Made by a program: the position numbers and the translations under genes | Part shown: positions 27,370-37,795 of the stretch, in pieces | How positions within the stretch are numbered: the stretch's first letter is position 1 | How the letters are laid out: each line of letters opens with the position of its first letter | NCBI GenBank assembly: GCA_963834265.1 | Contig: CAWIAU010000002.1 | Span: 11,929-75,928, forward strand | Reading direction: 5' to 3' | DNA: 64,000 nt | Source: an uncultured bacterium | GTDB taxonomy: Bacteria; Patescibacteriota; Saccharimonadia; Saccharimonadales; 2-12-FULL-41-12 | Notes under the pieces: generated by a model | Databases searched by the model: none | Told to the model about the DNA's origin: nothing | The model's input: only the letters and a program-made list of their open reading frames with translations

Positions 27370-30300
27370 TTACTGATATCTAACCGACGATTCGCCAAAA
27401 ATGTTTGTAATTTCTGCCAGCAGCTCACTGTGAGGCTCTACTTTATTGGGCAACTTTATTATTTGCTTCCTGTCTTCAGGTCCCACAACCAGTATTACAG
27501 GCGTTGTGCCGGGCCGGCTATCGATAGCTAATTTAAGTCTGGTCAAACCTATCTGATCATCACTACTCGGCAAACGGACATATATTCTGGTCTCTGGAGA
27601 GTTTGGTTTAGTAGTTGCAGCTTTGGTTTTTTTGCCCGATGATTTTCCCGGCGAAGGTACTTTAGGCTTTTTCCCGGTTGCCTGGTATCCGGATGCCTGA
27701 TCGGCAGTCAGTTCACGGGCATCATCAACCATAACTTTTAAATCCGACCCGTTCCCGTCTTTGTCTTTGCTTGAAATCTTACCGTTTATTAATAACACTC
27801 TGTCGCGCTCCCACAGACCAAATGTTTGCTGATAGGCACCGGGGAACAGAATAAGTTCCAGCTCACCGGTCAAATCTGCAAATTTTACAAAAGCCATCTT
27901 CTGACCATTTTTTGTTGTAATCTCGCGTGTTTCCGTTATTGACCCTCCTATTCGCACGGAGCGGCCGTCCATTGTGACATTCAAATCATCTATTTGAACA
28001 CATTTTTCTTCCAGAAATACCTTATACTCTTCTAACGGATGCCTGCTTAAATAAAGCCCTAACAATTCGCGCTCCCACGCTAATTGCTGACCGGATGTTA
28101 CGGCATTTTTCGTTGTATCAAGCGCTAATTTAGCAATCAGATTTGCGCTGGTCCCTTCTCCTCCGAATAAATCAGTCTGGCCACTGGCCTGATCTTTCTG
28201 TACACGATTAGAGTAGGCAAGCAAAGTATCTACGTTATTAACGAGAACGCTGCGATCACCAAAGGCATCAAGAGCTCCGGATTTGATGAGACTTTCCAGC
28301 GCTTTACGGTTAACAGCTTTCGGGCTTATTTTACCCAGAAAATCTTCCAGATTGAGGAAAGAACCATCTATTTTTCTTGCCCGTAATATTTCCTGAACGG
28401 CACCTGTACCAACATTTTTAACAGCATTCATGCCAAATCTTATACGATCTTTGCCGTTTTCTCCTTTCATAACAGCAAATTCAGTAAATGACTCCGATAC
28501 ATCCGGCGCAAGTACATCAATTCCCATCGATCGACATTCCGCAATCTCAATAGCCAGACGATCAGTATCATCATAGTCGCTTGTCATTAGAGCCGCCATA
28601 AATGCAGCCGGATAGTGAGACTTGAGGTATGCTGTCTGGTACGCAATTAAGGCATAGCAGGATGCATGGGCTTTTGGGAAAGCGTAATCAGCGAATTTCT
28701 CTAACTCGGTCCAAAGTTTCTCTACAATTTCGGATCTTACACCGCTGGTTTTTATTGCTCCGTCAATGAATTCCTGTTTCATTTTTGCCATAACATCGCG
28801 CTTTTTCTTACCGATTGCCTTGCGAAGTGTGTCTGCCTGGCCACCTGTAAATCCGCACATATCTTTGGCAATCTGCATCACCTGCTCCTGATACACCATG
28901 ATCCCGTAAGTGTTTTCAAGAGCATTTTTCATCACTGCATGTAGATACTTGATATTGCTTTTGCCGTGCTTGCGCTCAATAAAATCTTCAATCCACTGCA
29001 TGGGTCCAGGCCTGTAAAGTGCATTCATGGCGATCAGATCATCAAAAACTGTTGGTTTCAGCTTTTTCAAATAACGCTTCATCCCGGCAGATTCAAGCTG
29101 GAAAACGCCAGTTGTATCGCCGCGCTGAAATAATTCATATGTTTTTTTATCATCAAGCGGAAGATTGTCGATACTGATATTATCGCCATAGACCCTATTT
29201 ATAATACGAAGTGTGTTTTGAATAACGGTCAGGTTGGATAGTCCTAAAAAGTCCATTTTCAGTAGACCAATGTCCTCGATCGGACCCATGGAATACTGAG
29301 TGGCCACCACTCCTTTTTGAGCCATTTCCAGAGGCACGAATTTGACAATATCATCCGGTGCAATTACTACTCCTGCAGCATGAACACCATGGCTACGAAT
29401 AGTTCCCTCCAGCTTTACTGCAAGATCAAATACTTCTTTGGCCGTAGCATTCGTTTCGTATTCGCGTTTCAGATCAACATTTTCTTTGAGAGAAGTAGCT
29501 AACAGAATATGTCGCCCCTGTACGGGTGGCGGAATCATTTTGGCTAGACGATCAGCTTCCGTATAAGGTACTTGCAGGACTCTCGCAACATCACGAACAG
29601 CATTTCGGGCTGCCATACGACCGAAAGTGACAATATTTGCAACCCGATCATAACCATATTTTTCCACGCAGTAGCGAATCACTTCATCGCGGCGCGTGTC
29701 CTGAATATCAATATCAACATCAGGCATGCTGATACGGTCCGGATTAAGAAATCGCTCAAATAACAGATCGTATTTTAGAGGATCAAGCTCAGTAATATTT
29801 AAGGCATAGGCAACAATCGAGCCCGCCGTGCTGCCACGACCAGGACCAAATACAATACCTTGATCTTTGCCCCAGTTTACAAAGTCTGACACAATTAAAA
29901 AATAACCATTGAAACCCATTCTGTTTATGACTCCAAGCTCGTATTCGGACCGTTCAGTAATTTCTTTTGTTAATTTTTTGCCGTATTTTTTTGTGAGGCC
30001 GTCGTTAACTAATGTCTGTAGATATGTTTTTTCAGACTTTCCTTTAGGTACCGGGAAGCTGGGGATCAGAATCTTGCCAAGTTCAATAGTAACTTCACAG
30101 CGATCAGCAATGACTCTCGTATTGGTAATAGCTTCCGGGTAGTCTTTGCCCCAACGGTCAATAATTTCCTGCGGATCAGCTACATGGAGCTCAAATTCTT
30201 TCAGACTCATACGTTTTTCATCTGTCAGAAATGATCCGGTTTGTACACAGAGTAAAATTTCGTGTGCCTCCTGATCCTCTTTATTCAGATAATGAGCATC

Positions 30301-30960
30301 GCCTGTAATAACAGTCGGAATATCCAGCTCATCGGCTAATTGGATAGCCTGACGATTAACCTCAAGCTGATCTTTCCAGTGACTGGGGTGATCAGGATGA
30401 CCATGATCCTGCAGTTCAATATAGTAACGGTCATCAAATACCTTTTTGTACCATTCTGCGACACTTCTTGCCTGATTATACTGATCCGTACGAAGAGCAT
30501 CACCTACTTCTCCGTTAATACATCCGGACAAAACTATCAGGCCTTTATTATACTTCTCCAGTAAATCATGATCAATTCGTGGTTTGTAATAAAATCCGTC
30601 CAGATTTGCGGTAGTGCTGAGCTGCATAAGATTCTGATAGCCCTGGTTGTTCATGGCCAGAATAATCAGGTGATAATACTGCTTATCAAGAGCAGCATCT
30701 TTATCAGTATGTTTTCTTGGAGCAACATAGGCCTCAATCCCAATTATTGGTTTGATCTTCTGGCTATTTGCCATTGTATAAAATTCGATAGCTCCGGACA
30801 AAGTACCGTGGTCAGTCATAGCCACGGCCTCCATCCCCAGTATTTTTACCTGATCAATTAAAGCCGGGATTTTGGTCAGTCCATCCAGCAAACTATACTG
30901 CGTGTGATTGTGCAGGTGCACAAAATCTGAAGCCTCCGGTTTCTGCTTTTGAATAACCAT
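27370..30960 (-). CDS. dnaE: DNA polymerase III alpha subunit
   Basis: PHP domain FVHLHNHTQYSLLDG, polymerase core, HhH and OB domains. The track ORF begins at TTG 30969; ATG 30960 (MVIQKQK) is more likely. Confidence 0.95.
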   Translation of the reverse strand: MVIQKQKPEASDFVHLHNHTQYSLLDGLTKIPALIDQVKILGMEAVAMTDHGTLSGAIEFYTMANSQKIKPIIGIEAYVAPRKHTDKDAALDKQYYHLIILAMNNQGYQNLMQLSTTANLDGFYYKPRIDHDLLEKYNKGLIVLSGCINGEVGDALRTDQYNQARSVAEWYKKVFDDRYYIELQDHGHPDHPSHWKDQLEVNRQAIQLADELDIPTVITGDAHYLNKEDQEAHEILLCVQTGSFLTDEKRMSLKEFELHVADPQEIIDRWGKDYPEAITNTRVIADRCEVTIELGKILIPSFPVPKGKSEKTYLQTLVNDGLTKKYGKKLTKEITERSEYELGVINRMGFNGYFLIVSDFVNWGKDQGIVFGPGRGSTAGSIVAYALNITELDPLKYDLLFERFLNPDRISMPDVDIDIQDTRRDEVIRYCVEKYGYDRVANIVTFGRMAARNAVRDVARVLQVPYTEADRLAKMIPPPVQGRHILLATSLKENVDLKREYETNATAKEVFDLAVKLEGTIRSHGVHAAGVVIAPDDIVKFVPLEMAQKGVVATQYSMGPIEDIGLLKMDFLGLSNLTVIQNTLRIINRVYGDNISIDNLPLDDKKTYELFQRGDTTGVFQLESAGMKRYLKKLKPTVFDDLIAMNALYRPGPMQWIEDFIERKHGKSNIKYLHAVMKNALENTYGIMVYQEQVMQIAKDMCGFTGGQADTLRKAIGKKKRDVMAKMKQEFIDGAIKTSGVRSEIVEKLWTELEKFADYAFPKAHASCYALIAYQTAYLKSHYPAAFMAALMTSDYDDTDRLAIEIAECRSMGIDVLAPDVSESFTEFAVMKGENGKDRIRFGMNAVKNVGTGAVQEILRARKIDGSFLNLEDFLGKISPKAVNRKALESLIKSGALDAFGDRSVLVNNVDTLLAYSNRVQKDQASGQTDLFGGEGTSANLIAKLALDTTKNAVTSGQQLAWERELLGLYLSRHPLEEYKVFLEEKCVQIDDLNVTMDGRSVRIGGSITETREITTKNGQKMAFVKFADLTGELELILFPGAYQQTFGLWERDRVLLINGKISSKDKDGNGSDLKVMVDDARELTADQASGYQATGKKPKVPSPGKSSGKKTKAATTKPNSPETRIYVRLPSSDDQIGLTRLKLAIDSRPGTTPVILVVGPEDRKQIIKLPNKVEPHSELLAEITNIFGESSVRYQ

Positions 30961-31044
30961 AAACCCCAATCAGTTACTACTGACATTATACATTAAATGC
31001 GTATACACAGGACTTTCCACCGGAGAAGATCAAAGAAATATAAT

Positions 31045-31446
31045 TTATTTCCTGAGGAATTTGAAGAGTTCAGTTTTGGCTTTTTTTGCTTCTTTCAAAG
31101 CTTTCTGAAGATTTGGATCATCTGCATCACCGTCGTGCAAGGCACTAAGCAGCAATTTGGCTTTATCTTTTGCAATCTTAGCTTTTTCGGCGGCAATCTT
31201 TAATTCTGTGGATGCTTTGGTTCCGGCTTTTACTTTTTGCTGATCGGCCTTATCCAGCAGCTCAGCAAGCTCGCTATGAAGTTTTTTCAGTTGTTTTTCT
31301 CCCTCTGTCTTGGATCTGCTTGCACTCTTTGCGATACCTTTGCGCGTCTCACGGCCGCTTTTGGGAGCGGTTAATATGCCTATCAGATAGCCTGCACTGG
31401 CAGCTGCAATAGCACCAATTGTGAAGTTACTCTTTTTTGAAGCCAT
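31045..31446 (-). CDS. YtxH-like general stress protein
   Basis: 133 aa. N-terminal GAIAAASAGYLIGILTAPKSGRETRK (YtxH signature), then K/E/A-rich helices. It follows a DUF948-like gene, as in B. subtilis ytxG-ytxH. Confidence 0.75.
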   Translation of the reverse strand: MASKKSNFTIGAIAAASAGYLIGILTAPKSGRETRKGIAKSASRSKTEGEKQLKKLHSELAELLDKADQQKVKAGTKASTELKIAAEKAKIAKDKAKLLLSALHDGDADDPNLQKALKEAKKAKTELFKFLRK

Positions 31447-31448
31447 AA

Positions 31449-31718
31449 TTATTTTTCCCTGTTTCTGCGAGATTTTTTATAAAATGTCTCGCTGATATTA
31501 GTCATTAATTTGAATAAAGCAATCGGGGTAGCTGATTTTTTGAAAAAATCCGTAATATACTCAGCTTTGTCGGCAACCGCTTCTGCCTGTTCAGTGATAC
31601 GTTTGGCCGTATTAGCAATTTGAATTAGCTTGATAATAAGAGCAATGCTAAGCAGTAAAAAGAATGCCAGAATCACTGACAATATTATTACTAAAGCACC
31701 AAACCAGTCGCTATTCAT
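31449..31718 (-). CDS. DUF948/YtxG-like small membrane protein
   Basis: 89 aa. N-terminal TM (WFGALVIILSVILAFFLLLSIALII) plus a helical tail. A 2-nt gap separates it from the ytxH-like gene. Confidence 0.55.
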   Translation of the reverse strand: MNSDWFGALVIILSVILAFFLLLSIALIIKLIQIANTAKRITEQAEAVADKAEYITDFFKKSATPIALFKLMTNISETFYKKSRRNREK

Positions 31719-31790
31719 ATAAATGCCTCCTCTGCATGCATTATTATACTACTATAACGCAATCAGCCTATCAATATTTCTAAAATATTA

Positions 31791-32684
31791 TCATGCATCT
31801 TTGACTGTTTGCTGCAAGAATGTCAGTACATCATCTTTTATGTCGTCGTGTTTTAATGCAAAATCAATGACTGTTTTGATGTATTCCAGTTTGTCACCGG
31901 TATCGTAGTATTTGCCGTTCTGAATAGTCAGTCCCCAGACTTTATGCCCGTCTCCTGCCATACGCTCTATTGCAGGCTGCATAATAAATTCGGTGCCTTG
32001 CTTAAGATTTCTGAGATCTTCGTGCAGGTATTCAAACAACTTCGGTTCGAACAAATAGCCGCTTACTGATGCGGTTTTAGAGTTTACAGCCTCGAAACTG
32101 CCGGGTTTCTCGACAATTTTATCTAATGCTACTAATCCTTCTTTAACTTCATTTCCGACAATAAAAGCATACTTTTTATAGTCTGCTTCTTTGGCCACTG
32201 TTACGCAGCTGAGGACACTGCCTCCGGCTTCTTCATAAGTACTAACGAGTTGTCCGAAGCGGCTGGGGCTGGCCTTAACGAAATCATCAGCAAAAGCAAA
32301 AATAAATGGCTCGTCCCCAATCAGGCGTTCAGCATTCAGAAGCGGCGTGGCATTGCCATAGGGACCCTTTTGCCGGATATACACAAAATTTGCCATATCC
32401 GATATTTTCCTGGTCTGCTCAAGCAATTCTGTTTTACCCGCTTGTTCAAGATTAATCCGCAGATCGGCACTCATCTGGTCAAAATGATCTTCAATAGAAC
32501 GTTTATGATAACCGGTGACTATAACTATGTCTTCGATGCCGGCTTCTACAAGCTCTTCGACAATATACTGTATAATCGGTTTATCAATCAGCGGCAACAT
32601 CTCTTTGGGCATAGCCTTAGTCTGTGGTAAAAATCGTGTTCCGAAGCCGGCAGCGGCGATAACAGCTTTACGCACTTTTTTCAT
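31791..32684 (-). CDS. galU: UTP--glucose-1-phosphate uridylyltransferase
   Basis: 297 aa. Motif KAVIAAAGFGTRFLPQTKAMPKEMLPLIDKPIIQYIVEE, with VEKP downstream. Confidence 0.9.
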   Translation of the reverse strand: MKKVRKAVIAAAGFGTRFLPQTKAMPKEMLPLIDKPIIQYIVEELVEAGIEDIVIVTGYHKRSIEDHFDQMSADLRINLEQAGKTELLEQTRKISDMANFVYIRQKGPYGNATPLLNAERLIGDEPFIFAFADDFVKASPSRFGQLVSTYEEAGGSVLSCVTVAKEADYKKYAFIVGNEVKEGLVALDKIVEKPGSFEAVNSKTASVSGYLFEPKLFEYLHEDLRNLKQGTEFIMQPAIERMAGDGHKVWGLTIQNGKYYDTGDKLEYIKTVIDFALKHDDIKDDVLTFLQQTVKDA

Positions 32685-32691
32685 AGTATTA

Positions 32692-34161
32692 TTACACTCC
32701 TAGTTGTTTTTTAATGAGATTTTGGGCCATTTCCGGATTTGCCTGCCCTTTAGATTCTTTCATAACCTGGCCGACAAGGAAACCTATTGCCTTCATTTCA
32801 CCGTTTTGTATGTCTTCGGCAGCTTGCGGATTATCACTGATAACCTGTCCGATAATTTTGGTAATCTGATTTTCGTCAGATACTTGCACATAGCCATTTT
32901 TTTCTGCATATTTTTCGAGTGACGCAGGCGAGCTGTTAGTAGAGATCAGCTCGAGCAACAAGGCAGTAGCTTTATTAGAGTTCAGTTTACCGTCAGCAAT
33001 TAATTTATAGACCCCAGTAAAGATATTGCTACGCACTGTGTCATCGATGACTATGTCTTCGGTCGTCTCAATAAGTCCACGGCGCAGTGGTACTTCGACA
33101 TTGATTATCCAGTTGGCAAATGCTTTGGCCTGTTCCTTGTTGTTCAGGTTCTCTTCAATCAGTTTCAGAAAATTCGTATTCAGTTCCAGCTGAGCATCAA
33201 GCAAAGTTTCGATAACTGCTGTTTCCAGCCCCAGCTTCTTAAGTTTGATCCTCCACTCGTGCGGCATCACAGACATCTGAGCTTGTGCGTTAGTGATCTG
33301 ATCTTCACTTAGTACAATTGGCGGAATATCAGGATCAGGGAAATATCTGTAATCATGAGCTTCTTCTTTAGTACGCTGAGAAAATGTTTTTTGCTTAGCA
33401 TCATCCCATCCGCGGGTTTCCTGTACAATTTCTCCGCCTTTTTCGAGAATTTCTATTTGTCGCCTGATCTCAAATTCAACAGATTTTTCGACTGAACGGA
33501 AACTATTGAGATTCTTTGTTTCGCTGCGGGTGCCGAGGACTTCTCCATCTTTACTGACGCTGACATTGACATCGAAGCGCATATTGCCATGGTACAGGCT
33601 TCCCTCTGTAACATCAGCGTACATCATCAGAAGATAAAGTTCGCGGGCATATGCTTTGGCTTCGGCGGCACTATGCAGCTCAGGCTCGCTGACAATCTCC
33701 AGTAAAGGCGTGCCTGCGCGGTTAAGGTCCACCAGACTATAGTCCTTACCCGCAGGATGCGTACTTTTGCCGGCATCTTCTTCCAGATGCGCACGTGTTA
33801 CTCCAATAGTCTTAGCTTGTCCGTCAATAAATATTTCAACTTCGCCCCCGGCAATAACCGGATGATTAAACTGGCTGATTTGATAGCCTTTTGGCAGATC
33901 AGGATAAAAATAATGCTTGCGGTCAAATTTGCTGAAAATTTGCGGTTTAGTTTTAAGCGCCAGCGCGGCACGAATAGCCAGAGTGACAGTTTGTTCATTG
34001 AGGACAGGCAGTGCTCCGGGCATACCGAAACAAATATGGCTGATGAGTGTGTTCGGCGGAGCCTCACGGGCATCATTGGCAATAGCCGCAAAGAGCTTGG
34101 TCTGAGTTTTGAGCTGCACATGACACTCAATACCTATCGTCGGAATATATGTATTATTCAT
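32692..34161 (-). CDS. gatB: Asp/Glu-tRNA(Asn/Gln) amidotransferase subunit B
   Basis: 489 aa. Motifs: IGIECHVQL, HLEEDAGK, RFDVNVS, C-terminal YqeY-like domain. Confidence 0.95.
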   Translation of the reverse strand: MNNTYIPTIGIECHVQLKTQTKLFAAIANDAREAPPNTLISHICFGMPGALPVLNEQTVTLAIRAALALKTKPQIFSKFDRKHYFYPDLPKGYQISQFNHPVIAGGEVEIFIDGQAKTIGVTRAHLEEDAGKSTHPAGKDYSLVDLNRAGTPLLEIVSEPELHSAAEAKAYARELYLLMMYADVTEGSLYHGNMRFDVNVSVSKDGEVLGTRSETKNLNSFRSVEKSVEFEIRRQIEILEKGGEIVQETRGWDDAKQKTFSQRTKEEAHDYRYFPDPDIPPIVLSEDQITNAQAQMSVMPHEWRIKLKKLGLETAVIETLLDAQLELNTNFLKLIEENLNNKEQAKAFANWIINVEVPLRRGLIETTEDIVIDDTVRSNIFTGVYKLIADGKLNSNKATALLLELISTNSSPASLEKYAEKNGYVQVSDENQITKIIGQVISDNPQAAEDIQNGEMKAIGFLVGQVMKESKGQANPEMAQNLIKKQLGV

Positions 34162-34565
34162 AGGGCTCCGAGGTCCTTTAAGCCCTGACGAAGACCCAGT
34201 AATGCACGCTTTACGTGCTGCTTACGTACAATTAGCTCCGAATCAGCCCTGAGGCGCATGCTGAGTTTATGCCCGAACCAAACCGCATCGTTATCGGTAA
34301 ATTCCTTCTGAACATTTACCAGCCTTTCACCCATAGTTTTACCTTTGATACGGCGTTTTTTTAAGGCTTCGTCCAGAAGCTGATCGGCTTCTATGATTGT
34401 TTGCGTCCATTGTTGTTTATCAGGAAGCTGTGACTGCAGTTCCTGCCACTTGCTAAGAAAATACCGGGGTTTTAGCCGCCTTGGCAAACGTCGCAATAAA
34501 ATAATAAATACCACAAGTCCGATCACTATTCCGACGATTAAACCAGTGATAAATTCTGCACTCAT
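34158..34565 (-). CDS. Hypothetical single-pass membrane protein inserted between gatA and gatB
   Basis: 135 aa. N-terminal TM (FITGLIVGIVIGLVVFIILL) plus a basic helical domain. It overlaps the gatB start by 4 nt. Confidence 0.6.
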   Translation of the reverse strand: MSAEFITGLIVGIVIGLVVFIILLRRLPRRLKPRYFLSKWQELQSQLPDKQQWTQTIIEADQLLDEALKKRRIKGKTMGERLVNVQKEFTDNDAVWFGHKLSMRLRADSELIVRKQHVKRALLGLRQGLKDLGAL

Positions 34566-34644
34566 CCCGCTAGAACTTCCTTATAATCCAGTGCATCGAT
34601 TATTTTTACATACCCTGCCAGCAAGTAGTTAGTTCTATCGGGAC

Positions 34645-36093
34645 TCATTTATTCAGGCCCTCGAAAGCTTTAGAGATTCCCAGTAACTCGCGGTCCTTAC
34701 CTGCCGGAGCAATAATCTGCAAGCCTACCGGCAACCCATCGCTCATACCGGCCGGTACGCTTATGGAGGCATTACCGGCCAGATTTGACCCCGGCATCAA
34801 CAGGTCAGCCAGATACATCTGCAACGGATTCTTGGTTTTCTCGCCTATTTTGAACGGTGGAGTAGGTGAAACCGGCCCCAGCAAAAAATCCACCTTATCA
34901 AAAGCTATATCAAATTCTTTGATAATTTTGGTCCTGACCAACTGAGCTTTCTGATAGTAGGCATCGTAATAACCGCTGCTCAGCACGTAAGTTCCGATCA
35001 TAATACGCCGCTTCGCTTCATCGCCGAAACCAATTGAACGACTCTTAGAATAACTTTCTTCCAGATTTCCGGTGTCTTTTGCCGAGAACTGATAGCGTTG
35101 TCCGTCATATCGACTCAGATTACTGCTTACTTCTGCCGGGCATAAAATGTAATACACAGCCAGACCGAGATGAGTGGAAGGCAGACTTATATCGACTATT
35201 TCTACACCCTGTGCTTTCAGCGTTTCAACTGCTGCTATGATATTGTCTTTGACACTTTGGTCAACATTCTCATCCATATATTCTTTTACGAGGCCTACCT
35301 TAAGGCCATCCAGATCTGTATTGAGGTCACAATAAGATTTTGGATCTCGCTCAATTGTTGTCCCATCCAGCTCATCTTTGCCGGACATAATATCAAGTAT
35401 CAGTGCAGCATCATCAACTGTTCTGGCCAGTGGTCCGATAACATCGAGGCTGGAGGCCATTGCAACTACCCCGCTGCGGCTTACAAGTCCGTACGAGGGC
35501 TTAAGTCCCACTACTCCGCAAAATGCTGCCGGCAAACGCACAGAGCTACCTGTATCGGTGCCTATGGAAAACGGAGCGATACCGAGCGCTACAGAAGCCG
35601 CAGAACCTCCTGAACTACCGCCCGGAACACGGGTCATATCATAAGGATTTTTGGTTGTGAAGAAATCGCTGTTTTCGGTACTGCTACCATGGGCAAAGGC
35701 ATCCATATTAGCTTTGGCTACGCAGATTGCGCCTTCTGCTTCCAGACGCTCAATTGCTGTTGCCTGATAGGGCGCTTCAAAACCTTTTAGCATATTGCTG
35801 GCTGCCGTAGTGTCAGCTCCGAATACCAGGAAGTTATCTTTGGCAATGAATGGCACCCCCGCCAAACGACCGGCATTTTTACCGGCTTTTATCTTCGTAT
35901 CTATCTCAATTGCACGTTTGCGTGCAGAATCTTCCAGTCCTGCTATGATAGTCTGAAATTCTGTATGTTTCTTTATTCGATGCAATGATTTTTCTACCAA
36001 ATCCGTTGCTTTATACTCACCACAATTCACGCGGCTGGCAATAGTTACGATTGGTTCCCACTGTTCATCACTTAACAGACTCAGATCACTCAT
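34645..36093 (-). CDS. gatA: Glutamyl-tRNA(Gln) amidotransferase subunit A
   Basis: 482 aa. Amidase signature GGSSGGSAASVA...GTDTGSSVRLPA. Confidence 0.95.
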   Translation of the reverse strand: MSDLSLLSDEQWEPIVTIASRVNCGEYKATDLVEKSLHRIKKHTEFQTIIAGLEDSARKRAIEIDTKIKAGKNAGRLAGVPFIAKDNFLVFGADTTAASNMLKGFEAPYQATAIERLEAEGAICVAKANMDAFAHGSSTENSDFFTTKNPYDMTRVPGGSSGGSAASVALGIAPFSIGTDTGSSVRLPAAFCGVVGLKPSYGLVSRSGVVAMASSLDVIGPLARTVDDAALILDIMSGKDELDGTTIERDPKSYCDLNTDLDGLKVGLVKEYMDENVDQSVKDNIIAAVETLKAQGVEIVDISLPSTHLGLAVYYILCPAEVSSNLSRYDGQRYQFSAKDTGNLEESYSKSRSIGFGDEAKRRIMIGTYVLSSGYYDAYYQKAQLVRTKIIKEFDIAFDKVDFLLGPVSPTPPFKIGEKTKNPLQMYLADLLMPGSNLAGNASISVPAGMSDGLPVGLQIIAPAGKDRELLGISKAFEGLNK

Positions 36094-36383
36094 GTAATCA
36101 TTCTCTTAACTTTGATCATATTATTTTCGAGAGCCGGCACACCTTTGAGCAGATCGGCAGGCTTAGCCTGATATTCGTGTACTTCGTCCGGACGCATCAC
36201 ATTCGTAAGACCAGTTACCTGATCAGTCGGCTCTAAGCCCTCTACATCTACAGAATTAAGCCGTTCAACATACTCCAGAATCGAAGGCAGTTCAACAGCA
36301 AGTCTGTCCAGCTCATCGGGACTCAACTCCAGCCGGCAAAGCTGAGCCAATTTTAATACATCATCGCGCGTGATCTGACTCAT
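36090..36383 (-). CDS. gatC: Glutamyl-tRNA(Gln) amidotransferase subunit C
   Basis: 97 aa. VLKLAQLCRLELSPDE...ILEYVERLNSVDV is typical GatC. 4-nt overlap with gatA. Confidence 0.9.
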   Translation of the reverse strand: MSQITRDDVLKLAQLCRLELSPDELDRLAVELPSILEYVERLNSVDVEGLEPTDQVTGLTNVMRPDEVHEYQAKPADLLKGVPALENNMIKVKRMIT

Positions 36384-36442
36384 ATAAGCTAGTAGTATAC
36401 CAGAGACGGGGGCCTAATTTAAACCGTAATTCAGGCAATTTG

Positions 36443-37696
36443 TTAATTACTTAAGGTATCTTCGGGATATGTCTGATCATCGTATAGACGATTATTCGGA
36501 AAATTGTCGCTGCTATATGACTCTGATTCAAAACACTGATTTCCTTTACCGTGCTTGTAAGGATCGCTGTTATCGGATTGATAGTCATCGTACGGATATG
36601 AGCTGCCGCTGAACGCTTCCAGCGGGTTTTGACTGCCTGTATCTTTTTTGGTCTTGGTATCCGTTTTAAATATTGCACATAGTTCATAGCTACCTGAAGT
36701 CTTTTTATAACTATAATCATATTTTTCGGCGCGTGATTTCTGTTGATCATTCAGCTTTATATCACTCAAATCCGAGGGTAATCTACCCCGATTATCTGAT
36801 TTATAATTACTGATTTTACTCTGAATTGAGTTTAAATCGCCGCTGATAGCATCATCGATAAATGACGCGCGCTGGTCTTTAAAAGCGGTAGTCATATATA
36901 TAAGTGACAATATTATAGCGATAGCAATCAGCCCGTAATGATGAGTACTGACAACCATGGGTCTGATTACCTGCTGATTACGGTAATCATGACTGTATAG
37001 CAAGGCTGTGAACACGAGAATGAGAGTACCTAGACCGTTAGCCAGCAGACTCCGCCACGGGAAAGTATTATTATCAGTAATACCAAAACTTGCAAAATAC
37101 GAAATCATGTCATAAACGAAAGCAATAGAAAATCCAAGTCCCCAGAGACCAACATTTAGCAAAAAGAACCCGAGGAAACCTTTCCGCCAGCCACGATTTT
37201 TTATATCAGGCGCAGCATCTTCTACTTTATTAATACGTTTAGTGAGCACCAGTATAAGTGGAATAATAACCATCAGGGTTGCAATCATTGATATTGAGAC
37301 AGTGTAGGCGAAACTTGAAAAGTATCCGTATTCATCGTTATTGTATTTCAGAATAGTATTGAGCATTGATATGACTACGCCCAGCAAAATTCCAATTGAT
37401 ATCAGAACAAGCGCGTACTCGACCAGATAAGCTCTGGCTTCACCTACCCATCCTGCCAGGCCAAGGCGTTTCGGGACAAAGTTATAGTTCTCGCTTTGTG
37501 CGTTATCCGATGATATTGCTGTGTCAGCGGTTCGACTTTCTGCGGGGCCATAAGGTGAGGTATCTGTCGAAGTATGCAGCTGTTGAGATGCCACAGGATG
37601 GCGTGGCGCAGCTGAGTGGAATTCCGAACTTCCGGCGCGAGGTTTGTGGGGCATGGCATCAGAACCGTTCTCTGGCCCGTCATTTTTTGGATTCAT
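36443..37696 (-). CDS. Hypothetical polytopic membrane protein with a disordered N-terminus and a D/Y/S-rich C-terminus
   Basis: ~417 aa with about 6 hydrophobic segments. The track starts at GTG 37699; ATG 37696 has AAGGAG 7 nt upstream. Confidence 0.7.
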   Translation of the reverse strand: MNPKNDGPENGSDAMPHKPRAGSSEFHSAAPRHPVASQQLHTSTDTSPYGPAESRTADTAISSDNAQSENYNFVPKRLGLAGWVGEARAYLVEYALVLISIGILLGVVISMLNTILKYNNDEYGYFSSFAYTVSISMIATLMVIIPLILVLTKRINKVEDAAPDIKNRGWRKGFLGFFLLNVGLWGLGFSIAFVYDMISYFASFGITDNNTFPWRSLLANGLGTLILVFTALLYSHDYRNQQVIRPMVVSTHHYGLIAIAIILSLIYMTTAFKDQRASFIDDAISGDLNSIQSKISNYKSDNRGRLPSDLSDIKLNDQQKSRAEKYDYSYKKTSGSYELCAIFKTDTKTKKDTGSQNPLEAFSGSSYPYDDYQSDNSDPYKHGKGNQCFESESYSSDNFPNNRLYDDQTYPEDTLSN

Positions 37697-37702
37697 CACT
37701 AA

Positions 37703-37724
37703 ACTCCTTATTTTAATAGGAGTA
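37703..37724 (-). promoter_or_regulatory. Hairpin pairing the SD (AGGAGT) with an upstream anti-SD (ACTCCT)
   Basis: mRNA sense is ...agtatACTCCTattaaaataAGGAGTttagtgATG. A 6-bp perfect stem with a 9-nt A/U loop includes the ribosome-binding site of 36443..37696. Confidence 0.3.
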
Positions 37725-37795
37725 TACTCTTATTGTTGTTTAAAAAGCAAATGGTTACATAATTTATCTTTAAAACTAAATTCTTAATACTAGTT

